This document shows positions 1-13,700 of a stretch of 64,000 nucleotides of DNA, in pieces. The DNA is taken from the NCBI GenBank assembly GCA_002633005.1, contig NMRA01000907.1, forward strand, positions 20,255 to 84,254, given 5' to 3'. The notes beneath the pieces were generated by a model. That model was not told the DNA's origin, ran no database searches, and worked only from the letters and a program-made list of their open reading frames with translations. How positions within the stretch are numbered: the first letter of the stretch is position 1; each line of letters starts with the position of its first letter. The DNA is from Phoronis australis. Its lineage: Eukaryota > Animalia > Phoronida. Made by a program: the position numbers and the translations under genes.

Positions 1-10
1 CTCCCTCCCT

Positions 11-41
<31 letters not shown>

Positions 42-42
42 C
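1..42. repeat. (CCCT)n/(CT)n microsatellite
   Basis: Directly visible ctccctccct...ctctctctct run at the window start. Confidence 0.95.
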
Positions 43-329
43 TTGCTTAGCCTACTTTTTATTATCTGTGCTGAGTTTATGGCGACTTCATGTATGTTCC
101 GCCAAAATGATCGTTTAAAACATGTAAATATAGGTTCACTACATATGAATCTTTTGTTATTATTATGCCGATGACGCGGTTTTTTATAAGCGAATTGTTA
201 AAACTTCTTAAGACTTTATTGGACCAGTTCCACAAGTTAGGAACAATTCATTCTATATGGATTGGCTCTTTGAAATTCATCGGGTTACGCCTTTGTGCAA
301 AATTAAATCTCTCATGAAGCCGAGATTCA

Positions 330-700
330 TTTAGCGCTCTTGGTATCAACTTTCATGTTAACTTAACAGAAATGTTGGAGGATAATTGAGATGATCAAAT
401 TCAAGAAGATAAGTTTACTTTAACAAATTGGTCCAAAAGGTTTCTAACGCCTCTTGACAAAATAAGTACAGTATTATTAAATCATTTACTTTGACAACTT
501 TGCCTTCACCGTCAGACGACACAGTTGAATTGTTAGACAAACATGGTTTTTTTTAGCAAACTATACCAATATGGTTCTGGCTTTTTTGTTGGGAGGGAAC
601 AAATCGGTGCATTTGAAGTAATTTATCATGCCTTTAAATTTTCATTTTTAAAGGATAAATATTACGTTGTAATAGATCCTGGATGAATTTTCAACAAATG
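330..700 (+). mobile_element. Degraded L1/Tx1-type LINE ORF2 fragment (post-RT region)
   Basis: Manual translation with stops/frameshifts: LGINFHVNLTEMLEDN*...LTNWSKRFLTPLDKI...IIKSF...TLPSP. This matches the Tx1 pattern LG..F...W.KR.LT..G+I..IKS and the copy at 15989-16249. Confidence 0.55.
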
Positions 701-1004
701 GGAAAGGTATTTTTGAAATATGGGATACTTGATTTGCCTTTTGGCTGCTGACGGTACAGTAAGTGTCTGTGGATGAATTTAGTTTAATACAAACATTTCA
801 ATTGACAAGGATTACATTGTTCTTGAGAGTTAGACTTTAATGGCAATTCATATTTAATGAATACTTAAGTGATGATTATGAACTCTCCTCACTGTTTGCA
901 GTATTCCTGAGAGTGAGTTTATAACTACTTTACCTCATAGACGCAAAAGCGAGAGCAATACTTGTAAGTCTGCTAATTGTTCATACAAAAACAAAAATTA
1001 CAAA

Positions 1005-2890
1005 CGGCTAAATCACAATCAAGGTCAATATTCCAGAGTTGACTGTTTTACGGTCTAATATAAATTTTTGGTCCCTTAACAAATGCATACTAAATCTCAT
1101 ATCCAAAGAGTTATTTAGTTGTGCAAATTAAAAAAGAATCATCAAAATCGGGTAATGTTTGAAACATTCATGCATGTTTTTGTCTATGAATTTGATGCAT
1201 TTTTAGCGTTACGAGTGGCCATTTTAAAAATTAAAAATTTCAACTGTCAACAGTATTAAGTAATCAAATACTTAGATATGACTGGGAATAACTTAAGTCA
1301 CTTTCAAAATAACTTAGATGAAGTTGTGCTTAATCATTGAGAAATGGTAGGGTTCATCATAAAACAAGCGCCCCTTACGAAATTTGTAAATTTTGTGTTT
1401 CTAACCCTCACCTACTGTAAAGAAGGTTAAAAACTGAAGCTCACACTCTGTAATAAGAGGAACTGCAGAATATGTCAGCCTAGACAACACAGCAAACAAT
1501 TCAATATCTAAACAAACAAAAAGTTGGATATTGACTGGGTTCTGCTATATTGAAAATCGGCCAAAAGTCTAACAAAATGTAGTGTACGTATCCCTACGTG
1601 GAATTCAGTGACACAAATTGTCATTACAAATGAAATCATTACCTTTTAAATAACAGCATGATGCTTATTATCATCAAAGAAAAATAAATGGCCATACAAC
1701 ATTACGTTACCATGTGATGTAGAAACTGAGATGTAGTATACGCACCCCCTTTTGCAGTGTACGTACCCCCATGTTCACAAATGCCATGAAATTAAATATC
1801 ACTTGGTATGTGATCAACATTGGTCATAGACTGTTTCATTACTTAAAAGTGTTAGGTTGAATGGTGTTTATTGCAAATAGCTTGTTTTGAGCGAAATATT
1901 AGTATTTGTGTAGTGTATGCACACCTATATTTTAATTTGTGTCTATTTTCAAAGTATGGAAGATATGCACATGAACGCTGTGCTTTTTATTTTTTCGCTT
2001 TGAATTGATTTAGTAAATCATCTAAATCTCAGTAGATTCTCAGTATTTAGTTGCAAGCCTAACATGTCATTGAAATGTAGTGTACGTACCCCTGTGTAGT
2101 GTACGTACCTTCAACATCTGTGCTATGAAGTATTGCCCACAAGTATTTTTACATACTATTGTTCTCATGAACAATAATATTTCCAAAATAAACCCAGAGT
2201 GACAAAAAACAATGAGCATTATCAAATTTGTGGACAATAGAATGCCACAAAGGACTTCGCTAGTACTTAACATCCTAGAAGAAACATCATATGACAACTG
2301 ATATTGCAGAGGCAGGTTCTCTATCTCTCAAGACAACTTGCAATAAACCAACAATTAGAGGCAGCACAAAACTTTGGATCACCCCATACATTTGTAAATT
2401 AATCAAAATGTGACGTTNATCAACTGGTGACTGTATTGAAAACTAGGCAAATAGCACCAATAACATTTATGAAAAAAATTAGTCACTTTGTGTAAGAATC
2501 ATGTTGCAAGATAAGAAGTTCTCATTATACCGTGTTAATGTATGCAATGTATCATCCTCTAGAACAACTTGATCAGCACGGTAATAACTTTTCTTACTTT
2601 AGTATTGTGATACTTCTTCAATTTGATCAAGAGCTACCTTATGAATTCTTCAGTGCAAGGTAGAAGTGGGAAGTGACCACAAGTTGTAGTGTACGTACTC
2701 TTTTATACAACTGTGATGCATAAGGTCATAAAATTTTATTCGGTGGTTTTTGTGCAAAATGTTTTAGATATTACAAACCAAGAATGAGGGTACTTTAAAA
2801 TAACCCAGCTTTTGCAGTTATATGACAACCTTCATTTTTACCACAAGTGGTCACCGAATATACATGTAGACCTTGATTGTGGTTTGCCCG
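1005..2890 (+). mobile_element. Non-autonomous TIR DNA transposon, copy 1 (~1.9 kb)
   Basis: Terminal inverted repeats cggctaaatcacaatcaaggtc / gaccttgattgtggtttgcccg; collinear with 28390-30390; repeated internal GTAGTGTACGTACCCC motifs; no credible ORF. Confidence 0.85.
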
Positions 2891-5800
2891 AAGGTAAGTG
2901 TGAAAGTTGTCCAAATGTAGTACCTTTAAGCGAGTGGTGGTGAAACGTCCCGCAGATTAAATTCTACGTTCACTAGTGACACCAATCTCAAATGTCTTCA
3001 AAAAGTCTTACTCACAAAATCCTCGGTACAAAATATTTACTGCAGCACGAGTACATGTAGTCAGCTGAATTGCCTCTTCGGTCGGCACTTGGTCGTCCAA
3101 CTAGACAACGGATTCGGATTATACAGTAAGTATCCTCACAGTCAGCTAGTACCATTTTATGACTTAGCGGTTAAACTCTGTTGTTCTTTCTCCAGTTGCC
3201 ACTCTTGTCTTGAACAAGCAGTTTGTCAACTTTCCCTTGACTATTTAACACTGAATGAACTTATATTCCAGTCATTCTAGGGCTCCAGAGGGCCCAACCT
3301 AGAAAAAAATTGCAACAGAAGTTTTTTTGCATCTTCAAACATCCCTTAGTGCCAGAAAAAAGTCTACCGAAAGTTGACTTAAGCCCATATTATAATATTT
3401 TAGTTATTTAGTGATTGGTTAATAAAAACCACATGAGCATATCTAATCATATCATTGGCTGTTACAGTTTGTTAGAATCTCTAGAGTACTTTGGCCCCAG
3501 AACTCAAAGTTGTAAACACCATTTAGAAATAGATTTTGACGTTAAAATACATGTCAACAAGTCTGACCCCATGATTTAAATGTACACATGCACAAATTTT
3601 GGGCTACTTAAAATGGATCTATTCTTACTAATTACTTAATCAACATTTATTTTGACAAACACTGAAAAATCTGATCAATGTTTATTCACGATGTAAATCA
3701 AAAATCCAACAAAATGCACTGAAGAAAACTCACAATGTCAATTTTGTGAAGTTCAACAGACTGGTCTTTAGATACATTTTTCAGGTAAATAGTGGAAAAC
3801 AAATTAAATAAATAATCCATTTTCCATATTTTCAAATGTTTGGATTAAGTGTGCAGGAGCAAGGGAAACACATGGGAAAATAGGGCATAGATGTCGGTGG
3901 ATAATCGTATCTATTTGTTCACGTTGTTTTTCTTTCTTATAATAAATATAATGTTAAGCATTGATTGGTAAGTGGCTGCTGGGCCCTGATGGGCATCCAA
4001 GGTAGGATACCAGTGCGACCTCTATTGTTATATCTAACAAGGACACAACAAAGGAAAACTACTAGCTTCCCATAGGTGATGACCCCATTACACCCATGGC
4101 ATGGATCTTGGAAGTCAAACAATTGCTTGCGAAATCCACAAAACAACATTTGGCATGGGAAACCATAAAAAAATATATTTAGAACAGCACAAACTAGCTT
4201 TTGTATATGTTAAATTGAAGGTTGCCGTTAGTCAAACTCCATTTTTCTTATTCAACTGTGCCTACTGGGGAAATATAATTTTCTTGTAGTATCCAATCTC
4301 AAACAAATTACATTCTTTTGCTTTTGATATGTAGAAAATATACAAAATGTCATTTCTTTTAGAGTAACATGCCAAATATCATCAAATGTGGGCTTTTTGA
4401 CTAGAGACATGTTTTAAAAAAAATTCCAAACAAAACCATATCTAAACTAATTAAAAGTGATTATTTCTTTTTTTCTTTTAGGATGCAAATTAGTTTTAAA
4501 TTTAGGTATAAGTTTCTGCCAAATAGAGGTGAAATTTCTCTACAGATTGAAGTTCTCCAGCCCTGGCAGTTGTTATGTTGACCACAACAATTTATTGTCA
4601 ACTAACAATCTGCCATATACAGTGCGTGAGGAGTTAGAATGTGACATGCACTTAAAACCTATTATCAGTTTGTAGGTCAGCACATTCACATGACAATAAA
4701 ACCCAGTGGACTCCTTCTTTTAGGCTGAAAGTTAAGTCAATGTGATTCTTAGAACTGATAAATTGGTTATCTTTGGCTAGTTTTTGATCACCTCCAGGTT
4801 TAAAATATATTGGGAAGTTCTTTACCTTATTCTAAAACTTTGAAATAACTTGTGGATAAGAGTTCGCTATGATCATACTGAAAGATCGGATACATGTACA
4901 TGTATATCCAACAACAAAAAGTTATCGAAAACAGCATGAATTGAATATCCAACATTACTGACACTCTCACCAGTCGAGATTGGAAAACTCCATCTTTTTA
5001 CATGCGACGGTGCTCCAGTGGGCAGACTAGTAATTGGGGGCTATATACCGGCTGTCTAGGCAACGCGTAGCCCTTCGGTTGGCCCGTTAGGGTCTTTTAG
5101 TACGAATTTCGTCCCGTGGATTATAAACAGGCGGTAGGACAAATCCGGCCTTCGATTTGGAGTTTTTACCTCGTCAAAATACATTTCACACTTAAAACTA
5201 TCACTTAAAAAGCACTTACTTTCTTCAGTGGTCCTTTCTATTTTTACACATATCTTTGAGGAAACTTAATTACGAGATTTGAGGTGACTTTGTCGAAGAA
5301 TTCCAACTCCACATTTTTGCCACAGTCAATTTTTCACCACGCACGCGATAACCACAAAGTATATTATAGACATCTATTAAGATGTCAATAATTACTTTGA
5401 TTTCAACTGACTCACTGACATGAGTTAGGCAAAGGTTACAGCGAGAATGAGCCAAGTGCGTGATGCTGACACGTGACGCTGGCGCGTGACGCCGGCACGT
5501 GACGCTGGCGCGTGACACTTGCAAAAAAAGCGTATCGTGAGAAGGTATTTGTGCCCCTTGGACTTTTTATTCGTCTTCGTTTTCTCTGTTCCTCGATCGC
5601 AAATGACGTCACTCACTACTACATGTAAGAAAACATAAAGGTTGGACACTCGAAATATGTTTCCTAAAAATTTTCTACTCAAATGTACATGGAACTCCAC
5701 GAAACTAGCATCGAACAACTCTTAGAATACCTTCTTTCATTTGATGTCTTCAAATTGCCTTCGAGTGGTGATTTGGCGACAAAAATGCCAAAAGATTGCA

Positions 5801-6218
5801 AAAAAATCACAAATTCAAACAATTTATTCCGTGATGTCATGGCAGACGGTCTTCGCACATCCGGTTTTTTAACGGACGCTCCCGAGCTAAATCCGAAAGT
5901 TTATTTTTGCGCTCCGTCAATCCCTCGACTACTTGGTTATGAGAAGCAGAGAGCACTTTAAAAATATCATTGCCAAATAAATGTAACTACTCAGATATTA
6001 GTGTCAAATATAAATTATCCTGATACTGTATTGATATGCGAAGTTTTTTGTGTACTGTGATCTCTTATGAAGGTTTTACTTTTGGCCAAAACCATTGAGT
6101 TAACTCGTCGGCCACGCGCATTTTAATACTTGCACGGACTGCGTTTCCTGGCCGAGTGTGTGTTGTGCTTCAATCAAAAAAGTGCGTGATGTCAAGATGA
6201 GAAACAAGATATGCCAGT

Positions 6219-7088
6219 TTATACCACAATATTAGCGTCAAATGGCAGATACAACCGTGTAATAGCCCATAAAGTTATCTCACTAGTGAGATAACGATTT
6301 GGCGGGAAACCGAGAACAGAGTCGAACCCGGGACCCTGAAATTGCTGGTCGCCGATTTTACCACTACACCATGCAGCGGCTGACGTCATCATGAGTGAAA
6401 ATAAAATACTTAAATGAGCACGCGCAATAATAGCACGTTCAACAAACGGCATTGCACTGTACTTATACGTTACGAAAAATAAGACACATAATTTCCACAA
6501 AAATGATATATTAATTCAGTGAAAATTTTCTCTTGTGTCCTCTTACTTATAAATCACCGATCAATAGTTTGAATGCGGGTATCGTGTCGTCAGGATGTTT
6601 GACTTGAGAATTATATTCAGTTACCAGTGGTAACCTACTTTAGCAGACGATAATTTCCCGGTTGAAGCTTAGCGTGAAAAAACGTGTTTTAAGCTAAAAT
6701 AGTTGGTAAACCTTAATTTATAAATTCAATTTATTTCTATTATATTTAAGTTTTCAATTGGTTTTGAGTAAAAGCATTATTTGACAAAAATAGCCCGGTT
6801 TTCTTAAAAGGTCACGACCTCCGACCCGGGCCTCTGACATAGAAAGTAGTTACAAAGCCGAGGCGAGTCAAGAAAGGTAGATCGATTCATTGTAATGTTT
6901 CTCGCTCAGTATGTGATATAAATAGATTATTACATGTTCTCAGTCGTTATCCCCCTTATCTAGAGCCCTCGTGGATTTTGGAGAATTATCACCCTCGGGG
7001 CTAACGCACCTCGGGCGATAATTCTCGAAAATCCACTCGGGCTCTAGATAACGGGGGATAACGACTTCGCCATGTAATAATCTATATT
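6219..7088 (+). mobile_element. Dispersed composite repeat, copy 1 (tRNA-like segment plus terminal ~165-bp hairpin)
   Basis: Collinear with 56702-57491; ends in the fold-back atagattattacatg...catgtaataatctat. Confidence 0.85.
6309..6380 (-). pseudogene. tRNA-derived (pseudo-tRNA/SINE-head-like) sequence
   Basis: Minus strand gccgctgcaTGGTGTAGTGGtaaa...gGGTTCGACTC: Pol III A and B boxes at tRNA spacing, but poorly paired anticodon and acceptor stems; lies inside a dispersed repeat. Confidence 0.6.
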
Positions 7089-9562
7089 TATGCAATAAAA
7101 TTCTAAGTTAAGGGCTAAAATGAGCCGTCAGTGGAATAAAGTTACAAATTGTCATTAAATTACTAACTTTAACATTCTCAGTTAGTTGAGTCTAGGAACC
7201 TGGTTCCTAGGTTGAGTTCTGGATTAGAATTATTGAATTTGAAATATAGGTTGCTTGCTCAAACTCGAAGTTTCACCTACATGTACGACAGGCGTACAAA
7301 TTGAAGCACAACTGAAATCCGCCATGTTTAATATTTGAGGTCCTTGAATTCCGAGTTTTGAGATTGTTTTGGAAATTCCATCGCCAATTCACCACTCGCG
7401 AAGGCAGTTAATAGGATCCAGGAAAGATAGAGCTTCGAAGGTTGATGCAATACCAAACTGAGGGAGGTGCACGCAGATTTTATTTGGATTTTGGACAGTT
7501 GAAGTTGGGAGCCTCGGCTTGGCAACGTTTTAGTGTCCAACCTTTATGTTTCTTATATATATGGTTATGATTGATCTGGAAATCCGAGCGTCTGTGGTCA
7601 CATGAGTGATTTCATATAACTTCCTCAAAATGGCCTCCCAAGAGAAAGTCGAGTAAACCGCTACAGATTTTCACCGATTTCTTCAAATTATGTTGACTGA
7701 ATCTTCTCCAGACTTATGGTATGTGTTAATTATAACTCCTTGTGCATATATGCGTGTTTCATATCATTTTATTTCCTGTATTTTTAAATTCGTAAGTTTT
7801 TGTGGGGATGTACTACCGCCCCTGTATGCCTGTGGCATCCAGGGCGATGTAATTGCCTACCGACTGCGTAGCATTGAATACAAATTAATTATGACACTGG
7901 AATCATGAGCTTCAAGTTGAAACTAAAATTAGTCAATAAGACTTCCCCAAGTTTTTTTTGCAGAACAGCCCGGCTGTTGCCAAACAAGACATACAGTTGA
8001 GTGAAGTACGTCTCTTGTGAAGCTTTGAGTTAGGAGTTATGAAACCAGAAATCAACCCTGCAAGATAAGCGTAACGAGGCCATGTTTTTGTTTTAGTTGA
8101 ACTTGGAATCTTGCTGAATTTCAAAACTTGTTACCTCATCCTCGGACAATGTACGTTCACAAGGTACATGTACATGCAAAGTTTCCTTGATCTACAGCGG
8201 ATGTGTACAACTGACGAATTTTTACACAGTACTGTAGGCATGCACTGATTTTCAATAAATAGGTCCATGAGAGGAAAATGTTTTCCATTTTTGTGCCACT
8301 ATGATGCCAAAGGGAAATAAGGGGTTGGACTTAACTTAGAATATTGGTTTATTACCCTCATAATGGAGGGGTTGAGCAATATAGTATAGGCATAGGAACC
8401 ATTTGATGGTTGAAAGACGGGGAGTCAATCTATTCACTGTCCATACTTAATAATGAATCATTATTTAATCGACATTCATTGACACCCGCAATATTGGGGG
8501 TGGAAACCTGTCACTTCCCCTCATTATTTTGGCTGATGGAGCGGTCCGAGCATTAGGGAAAGAAATATTATGAAACCAAAGAAAACATTGGTTCACCATG
8601 CAAGTATGAAATTGGCACAATAAACAAAATGAATAAATCCCAGTGTTCTTTCCATTAAGAACAAAATGCGTTAAAGGAAAGGGGAATGCACAAATTTGTT
8701 TCAGGCCATGGGGTGCATCACTGGACAACAAACATTTGTCTTTCAAACAAGATACTTGTACAACGATGAGACAACTTTCAACAAGCTGATCGGTGAGTTG
8801 CCTTGTGTGGAATTTTATCATTACAGGCAGGGCTGTGGCTGGAAAAGCACATGTAGCCCTTAAATAGCTAAAACTTGAAGTTGGTAGAATTCACAAACTT
8901 GCGTTTGAGGTTGTTATTTAGGCTCGTGGTCCATTGTGTGGTGACGAAAAGTCTTATGTGACTTGAAAACATTGGCTATGATTTACGTGCCGATTCATGT
9001 TCTGTCACGTGATTGGAGGGGCCCAGCCCGAAGGCGACTGAAGAACAAAGATGTTTGTATTGATAGGGAGCCTCACCTAAAGCCAGTCAAAAAGCGGTCC
9101 AATCTTGCAATTTTACGTGACTCCACAAGAAGATGGATGAGCGTTGGGACCTTCCTGTAATAGTCAGGAGCCGTCACCAAAGGTAGACAAAAAGTGGCGA
9201 CCCTATACTAATGTTAATGTAAGGCACGTCGCACTTCGGCGACCTATAAACTCCGTTTCCCCCTTCAAGTAGGCTGCCTATATTAAAATTAACGGCCTCG
9301 CTCTTCGGGTGGGGTCACTCATATTCATATAAGAAGTCTCGCCGGTTTTGGGCCCCCTTTTTGCGAGGCCTTCTATAACATTATAGGAGGCCTTGCTCTT
9401 GGGGCCCGAAATTCAATTTTTTGCCTACGTCAGTTTAATAAGAATAAGTCGTTTTAAATAATAAGCTGTTAAAAGTCTTTACTTGAATTTTCATTTTTAT
9501 GTAAAATACATTCATTTGAGGAATCAAAAATAGTGATCTGTATTCACTTGTTCTTAGCCACG

Positions 9563-10740
9563 GTTGGCAGATTGCATACTGAGATGAGCTTTCTGGGGTG
9601 TATTTGATACACGTACGTAATGTCAGGCACGGGGCTTCAAGAAGTTTTTGACACGTGCATGCATGAAACAGTGTGATCTATGTGCTAAATGGAAAAAAGT
9701 GTGCATAGAGCAGTAACGGGGTATATGTTGGTAGACTCATCAGTAAAAGCCTATATAAAAGTCACAGCATCCAATATCAAACTTTCCAATATTGACAGAT
9801 CAAGTAACGCCAATCCAGAACCAAAAAAAGAAGTTCTGGTTCTTCTGAAATTGCAGGAGTCCTGAATATCACCAACACAGAACACACAGATCCCGTGCCA
9901 AGAGGTGGAGCAATTCAGTGCTTGTACACAAATGTTGGCTGATCAGAGTATGGAGAGGGAATCTTCAGACATCCCAACTGATCACATAACTAGATGTACA
10001 TGTATACGCTGGGGTATGCAATGCACAGACAGTGTCTTCCGATTCTGAACCTTGGATTACAGTGGAATACCCTCATGAGAGTCCACTTCTGGCTTCCGAC
10101 TCACTGCCCCTGTTATATTTAAACACGAATGAATCAGAGTATAGATCTTCAGAATGTGCAGTGATAGAGACTAGTACGTCAGAACAATCGATGGCCATAT
10201 ACTCGATGATGACTTGAAAGCTGGTCTGAAGCTGTATGATGACCTTATTGCTGGCATGACGTGCGGGGATGTATGCGCGTCGGAGTGTCTTGTAGGTATG
10301 CATAAAAAGTCGAAACACATAAATAAAACTTGTTCTTGCAAAATCGAATCATCAGTCTTCGGCTGCAGTATTTGAGGATGACTGACATCCTTCGACTTTT
10401 AAAAGCAGAAATAACAAAAACAGTTTCTTAAATGCTACCTTACTTTGCAGCTGCTGGTCACAACTCTTATGCAAAATCCTCATACATATACTTGCAGCAG
10501 ACGCAGCAACTCGAAGACACCCGTCCAGACGTCTACGACCAACACGCCATAAGACAAAGTGACAGATTCTGGTCAGGCTTGTCATATGATCTTGAAATTG
10601 AACAAAAGCTCATGAAAAGTATTGAAGTAACAGGAGGTTTAACTAGAGGTTGCGAAATGGGAGATACACAGAGTGCAACGTGGCTGCTTTCCTTGCCGGC
10701 ATTCTCAAGTATACATGTAAATGTTGCCATGCAGACTGTG
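9563..10740 (+). mobile_element. Academ-like DNA transposase relic in two pieces
   Basis: 9563-9740 reads GRLHTEMSFLGCI*...MSGTGLQEVF...LNGK..RAV.G.MLVD; 10432-10740 reads MLPYFAAAGHNSYAKS..YLQ...RQSDRFWSGLSYDLEIEQKLMKSIEVTGGLTRG...WLLSLP. I recall these motifs from Academ-type transposases; the family assignment is from memory. Confidence 0.55.
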
Positions 10741-13700
10741 ACTATGCAGTGTGTATATTATACAGATGTTTGTGGGTGACTTTCGCAGGGATATTCATGG
10801 ACTGCGCCTCTGCGCCATCAGCGCATAAACTATAAAAAGGCGCAAGTATAGTGCAGTATTGCGCCCCCAGGACGCATCTTTTAAAATGCAACACTTCCAA
10901 AAATACAAGATTCTTTTCAACTTACAGTCAGTCGGGTAAAACATGACTGTTCTTATTACGCTTACCCTTGTGGTTTCTGTTTCATATGTTACCACTTATA
11001 TTACACTAAGTCTGCTGGGCACAACTTTTTGAAAAAGCCATACTTTTATCATCAGGTGCGCCCAAAGAGCTTACGCTCAAACCTGGTCAGGAATATCTCT
11101 GCTTTAGTGAAAAATCCAGCCAAACACACCATGATTTGGAAACTGCAATATTGATAAGATCTTGCCTGTGTGCGGGTCTGCCGGTATATTACACAAAACC
11201 CTATTAGAGTTGGAAGCTATTATCAGGTTCGTTACCAACATTAAATTTGGTTAAAAATGGTCTTGGAACGGAAACATCCACCCGCAATTGATATTTATCT
11301 TACATTAACATAACGAGTTCAGCGAGATCTCCCTGTACGCATTTTTCGTCCCAACAGACTGGAGGGGAGATGCGATTGAGACAATTATTAAATGATATCA
11401 ATGACTATCCACGTAGCCTCGAAGTTTCACGGGATTTCAAAATACGGTTAATCCGCAAAACGTGATGCAAAAGCAGATATTACTAATGCACATGATAACG
11501 TCACACGAAAGTGAACGAACTTCTTATCGAATGAGCATGCTACCGCTTTGTGGCAAAATCGCACTAAAGGTGGCGCTGTGACAGTCAATTTCAATTGTTC
11601 GCTCTAGCTCTACCTCTGCCGTCCATTAAGTGATTATGTTCTGAAATTCGGTATGTGGATAGTTTTTTCCAAGAGTTATCTAAAAGAGGGAACCATTTCT
11701 CTCTACGACGTTTCTTTCTAGGTCTCATATTTTCCGATGTCAATTTCTCGTTGCCTAGCTCCGACGTCCTAAAGTAATCTTTCTCAATTTTCGTATGTAA
11801 AGAGATCTTGCCAATCGCTACAAAACAACTTTCTCATGCCGTTCCCGGCGTTGTTGGTATGGGATCCGCAACTTTGCTCTTGTATCATCAATACAAGAAA
11901 ACTGTTAAATTGGGCAAATTTTCTTGTTTAAAGAAAGTTCCTTATATATTTTAATTCCGGTAACAGCTGGAGATACTTTCCAAGACTAATCGGTTAATTG
12001 TTGTGTTTTACCGTCAACGATCGCTGACGGATAGAAGTTATTTAGCCTGTTATGATTTAAAAGGCATGGCAGGTTTAGCCGGGTTCATCACAATAGTCAC
12101 ACGCACTAGGATTCCTGAATACTGTAGGTCCTAACCACCTGTCTGTAGACACCGATTGTGTGATACGCCTCCTATAGAATATCGTTGGCAACAAGTTGAT
12201 CTTTCAGAGTTCGCTTTTATGAACATCCGACAAACTTCTGCTGAAGGTAGTACCTTGACAAGCTTAAATTTAATAATTAACGACCCAAGATTTTTCAATC
12301 TAAATGCACTCTGTTTGTGATAACGAAATTACGTTTTAACTACTATTTCTGCAAAGGTGACTTTTTTCTGTCAGCGGTCAAAATTTGGAGAAGTGATCTT
12401 TCATTAATGGACCCAAGTTTTCTTGTGGTATATCCTATATAGCACTGGTTATGAACGGATATAAGCTAAAAATTCTCCCTGGGGACATCAATGAGCTAAC
12501 AGCTCCTGCCGTTACCGGTGCACATCACACCGTGGAATTAAAGTGCGATTGGGTTAGAGTGTACTCCGCTTCTGCATCCTCTCACAACTTGTTGAGAGGG
12601 TCAGCTTACTGTATGTTGACGTATGTCACATTTTTTTGACAAACCACGAGACACAATGCATTGGGGTCGTCTAGTTCTTGCTTGCAACCGGCTAGTTCTT
12701 GGCCAACATTTGCCAATTTTTCCGCTCCAACCGACATTTCTTGACTACTTTAGACTTTTGCGAACACCGCTAGATGAAAGGCAGAGCGCCACTGAAATTT
12801 GTGCCGAGATAAAAACCAAAATACTTGCTGGGGTGGAAAGTTTAGTTTGTCGTGAGTGCCTAAACACTGCTGAATTACACTTTGGTGAATAAGGTAACGC
12901 GCAAGAACATCGGTTATCCTATGAGTTATCACCCGTTTTCGATCCCTTTTCACCCTACCTTGAACTACTATTTCCGTAGAAATTCTGTCTTTGTACAAGT
13001 CTACCAGTCACAGTGTACATGTATACGTACAAGAATGCATCAGCTCCAGCCTAATCAAACCTACAGCACTAGCGTTGGGTAGTGAAAAACTGCTATTATT
13101 TGACTAGTCAAAAGCATACTTTCCTGGTTAAATTGCTGTTCTTTCTCTAGATAGGCCTATGTATTTTTCATTAATTAAAAGAGTAGCGATAATTCGTTTT
13201 GTTTAACAGCCCACCTACGGCTAATTGTTATGTTGGCCTTAAAAAGTCATGACAGTTACAAGTGTATGCCACAGGCTAACCTGTGGGCTGTGTCTCCATA
13301 AGGAGATGGCGAAGAAAACGTCTTTTTTGTAGGCCTATGTAGGGAGTTGATCGCTCGTGACGTGGCTTTACCCACAAGTGGTGATGATTTCCCGTTAAAT
13401 GTTATTTATTTCAAAGTAAAGGGAATAACTGGTGCATCATGCAATGCAATTATGCGCAGCCATGGGTTATGATTAACATATATACCAAGACTATGAAGAC
13501 AATTTAGTCAAAACAACAGGGCCGTTCCGGATGTGATAGTGCGTGACCTCTTTTTGGAAATTTCTTGTCTCTCGTTGATGTCGGGATGGCGATGAATTTC
13601 ACATCATGCATCCACGGGTATTTGTCTAGTTTATCAAACTTTCTCACGTCGGAGTTGCAGCCCGGCACAGCGTTAATACTTTAAAAGTATTGGAAGGATA

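Noticed and set aside
6309-6380. Functional tRNA gene
   Set aside because: A and B boxes are present, but the anticodon and acceptor stems are broken and it lies within a dispersed repeat whose other copy lacks it.
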